Under the pieces are notes generated by a model, which had not been told where the DNA came from, did no database searches, and saw only the letters and a list, made by a program, of their open reading frames with translations. From Caldilineaceae bacterium SB0661_bin_32 (lineage in GTDB: Bacteria; Chloroflexota; Anaerolineae; Caldilineales; Caldilineaceae): 64,000 bases of DNA. Position numbers and translations under genes: made by a program. The DNA lies in contig VXMH01000094.1 in assembly GCA_009841235.1 (NCBI GenBank), positions 3,434 to 67,433 on the forward strand. Direction: 5' to 3'. Below, piece by piece: positions 61,885 to 64,000 of this stretch (positions are counted from its first letter, which is position 1; every line of letters begins with the position of its first letter).

Positions 61885-62937
61885 TCAGTCCAGGAGCGCT
61901 TCGTTCAGCCGCACGCCAAAACCGGGCGCGTCGCTGGGGGTCAGATATCCGTCCACCGGCCGCGGCGCGTCCAGCCACAGCTCCTCATGCGTCCTGTGCC
62001 GGTTGCCTAGCACCAGCTCGCCCAGCTCTTCACACGCCGTCCCCGCGATAACATGCAGTCCCCACGGCTCCCCGCCCCGGTGCAGGACTACGCTGGCGCC
62101 GGCCTCTTGCGCCTGCTCCACGATGCGCCTCGTTGCGGTAATGCCGCCGCACCAGGTCACGTCCGGCTGCCAGATGTCAAGCGCGCCGGCCTTGGCGATG
62201 TCGGCGAAGCGGTGGTGGGTGAAGTCGTGCTCGCCCCCGGCCAGCTGGATCGGCTTGATCTGCGGCCGCAGTGCCGCCAGCCCGTCCAGGTCGTCCGGCG
62301 TCAGCACGTCCTCGAACCAGTAAATGTCGTAAGGCGCCAGCGTGCGCGCCATCTCCCGCGTCGTCGCGGCATCCCAGGCCATGTAACAGTCGAACATGAG
62401 CAGCGCCTCCGCGCCCAGGTGGCGGCGGGACTCTTCCGCCGCGGCCGCGGCGCGTTCCAAAGCGGAGGCGCCCTGCGGACCGCCAAAGCCAATCTTGTGC
62501 GCGGTGAACCCTTTCTCGGCAAACCATGCCGGATCGTCGCCGGAAGCATAGCCGCGAATGCGGGGCGCGGACGTGCCGCCCAGCAGCGAGTACACCGGCT
62601 GCCGCTCGGCCCTGCCCAGGAGGTCCCACAGGGCAATGTCGATCCCGCTGAGCGCCATGATCGCGATGCCGCCGCGTCCATAGGGGATCGAGGCCGCGTA
62701 CAGCTTGTCCCACAGGCGCTCGATGTCGGCGGGGCTGTCGCAGGTTTCGTCCAGCAGCAGCTCGCGCAGATGGCGGTTGACCACCTCCACGGCCGCCACA
62801 CCGCCGCCGCCATAACCGTAGCCGCTGACGCCGGCGTCCGTCTCGACGCGCACGACGATCTGCCAGAGATAAGGGCGCCAGCCGCCCAGCGGTTGACGGT
62901 AGTTGGGGTAGACGGCGCGAATGTCGGTGATCTTCAT
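61885..62937 (-). CDS. Enolase superfamily enzyme (mandelate racemase/muconate lactonizing family)
   Basis: MKITDIRAVY...VRVETDAGVSGYGYG N-terminal capping domain and a barrel-domain pattern. 350 aa. Confidence 0.85.
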   Translation of the reverse strand: MKITDIRAVYPNYRQPLGGWRPYLWQIVVRVETDAGVSGYGYGGGGVAAVEVVNRHLRELLLDETCDSPADIERLWDKLYAASIPYGRGGIAIMALSGIDIALWDLLGRAERQPVYSLLGGTSAPRIRGYASGDDPAWFAEKGFTAHKIGFGGPQGASALERAAAAAEESRRHLGAEALLMFDCYMAWDAATTREMARTLAPYDIYWFEDVLTPDDLDGLAALRPQIKPIQLAGGEHDFTHHRFADIAKAGALDIWQPDVTWCGGITATRRIVEQAQEAGASVVLHRGGEPWGLHVIAGTACEELGELVLGNRHRTHEELWLDAPRPVDGYLTPSDAPGFGVRLNEALLD

Positions 62938-62967
62938 GGGCAGGTTGTTTTTGAGGGTGTGCCGTGA

Positions 62968-63522
62968 CTACGAACCGAATATCTCGTCCACCTCCAGGCG
63001 GAACCCGGCAAGCGTGGGCGAAGTCAGCGTGTCGCCTTCACCGAACGTGTCAACGACCTCATAGCCATCGTCACCCAGCAACAGAACAGTGATGGCGCCG
63101 GCGTCTGTGCCCACGACCCAGTACTCTTTGACGCCGTGTTGCGCGTAGAGCGCACGCTTATATCCTCTGTCCCGTTCGGCTGTGGATGGGGAGAGGATTT
63201 CAACCACGAGGTCAGGGGCGCCTTGTATGTTGTCCGGGGTGATGATCTGCATTCGCTCGCTGGAGACGAATAAGAGGTCAGGCTGTACCACGTCGATATC
63301 CGAGAGCACGACGTCCGTGGAGGAGTAGTAGATGCGCCCCAGACCGTTGCCCTTCACGAAGGTCATCAGATGATAACCCAATTCTGCCTGCGTTCTCTGG
63401 TGTACTTCGTTGGGCGCGGGCGTCGCAACCAGTACCCCGTCCAGGAGTTCGTAGCGCTTGTCTTCAGGTGTAGTAAGGTAGTCTGTGTATGTGAGCTTTA
63501 ACCGCGGCTTCTCACCAATCAT
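62968..63522 (-). CDS. Uma2 (DUF820) family endonuclease
   Basis: YELLDGVLV..PAPNEVHQ, QPDLLFV and APDLVVEILSPST...D...K...Y are the canonical Uma2 motifs. Confidence 0.85.
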   Translation of the reverse strand: MIGEKPRLKLTYTDYLTTPEDKRYELLDGVLVATPAPNEVHQRTQAELGYHLMTFVKGNGLGRIYYSSTDVVLSDIDVVQPDLLFVSSERMQIITPDNIQGAPDLVVEILSPSTAERDRGYKRALYAQHGVKEYWVVGTDAGAITVLLLGDDGYEVVDTFGEGDTLTSPTLAGFRLEVDEIFGS

Positions 63523-63572
63523 ATGAGCACCTCCGGTTTGGATTTTCAGTCCGCTTTCCCACGCTATGCTCT

Positions 63573-63600
63573 AATATAGCCAGATGATAGTAACGCCCAA
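63573..63600 (-). promoter_or_regulatory. Candidate promoter for the Uma2 gene
   Basis: Minus strand: TTGGGC, 16-nt spacer, TATATT. Confidence 0.3.
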
Positions 63601-63685
63601 CTGCGGCAGGGCCAGGTATCGCCGCGCAAAATTGTCGCAGAAAGCGGGACTGCACCGACGCTGCAGGCGGCTGCACCAGCCGCCG

Positions 63686-64000
63686 CTACCCCTTCGTCCA
63701 CGGCCTCCGTTCCTCCGCAAACGGAAACGTCCCGTCGTACCCGCGCGGCGTCGACACGTGCCAGATCCCCTCGTACATCGGCGTCAACTGGTAGTGGCAG
63801 ACGACGTTGCTGCGCTCAATCTGCTCCTGGTGCTTGGCGCCCTGATGGGGGATGTGGTTGATGAAGATAACGCAGTCGCCCGCCTTCGGATAGAGGATGA
63901 CGTGCTCCTGCTCTTCACACCAGGCCTCGAACTTGGGCCGGTCCATGGGGTCGAGGTGGGGTGGTTCGATCTTGTGCCCGTCTTTGACAAACTTCAGGTG
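63686..64000 (-). CDS. PhyH-like Fe(II)/2OG oxygenase, C-terminal part (5' end outside window)
   Basis: The frame is open to the window edge (HLKFVKDGHKIEPPHLDP...). HxD in PHLDP, and a distal His in KAGDCVIFINHIPHQG. Confidence 0.5.
   Translation of the reverse strand, partial: HLKFVKDGHKIEPPHLDPMDRPKFEAWCEEQEHVILYPKAGDCVIFINHIPHQGAKHQEQIERSNVVCHYQLTPMYEGIWHVSTPRGYDGTFPFAEERRPWTKG

Overview
This is a high-GC bacterial chromosomal segment. Hand counts of single 60-nt lines give 42/60 GC at 4801-4860. It is gene-dense on both strands and dominated by carbohydrate uptake and catabolism.

**Core content**
- Five sugar ABC importers (CUT1 and LplABC-like), none with its own ATPase gene, plus one family-5 (peptide/opine-type) importer.
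- Three Gfo/Idh/MocA oxidoreductases, two MDR dehydrogenases, ThuA and a GH127 (DUF1680) enzyme.
- Two enolase-superfamily enzymes, an HpcH/HpaI aldolase, a UxaE-like epimerase, a LarA-like racemase, a class-III aminotransferase and three PhyH-type dioxygenases.

**Most unusual coding features**
1. A B12-type diol/glycerol dehydratase whose large and medium subunits are fused into one 758-aa ORF (plus a PduE-like small subunit). It has no reactivase or microcompartment genes nearby.
2. Two inverted ~2-kb paralogs of an unassigned 684-aa glycoside-hydrolase-like gene, 19 kb apart, with much higher nucleotide identity at their 3' ends.

**AT-richer accessory islets**
- An XRE-ImmA/IrrE + DUF4411 pair.
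- An AAA ATPase with a 35-codon stub of its partner gene.
- A type II R-M pair inserted next to an MntA gene whose HepT partner is reduced to 23 codons.
- An orphan antitoxin-like gene, a low-GC beta-lactamase-like gene, and a low-GC PhyH gene that replaced most of a nagA-like gene.

**Non-coding structure**
- A GA-rich ~35-nt intergenic repeat family (4 copies).
- AACTGAA-type heptad tandem repeats (2 loci).
- A strong stem-loop after every solute-binding-protein gene.
- Several near-consensus sigma70-type promoters.
- An 83-nt imperfect duplication of the aminotransferase 3' end.

I recognised no rRNA, tRNA, CRISPR array, transposase or integrase. Taxon is unknown. The gene content (Uma2, DUF4411, TAT-lipoprotein binding proteins) is compatible with a Chloroflexota-like monoderm, but that is only a guess.
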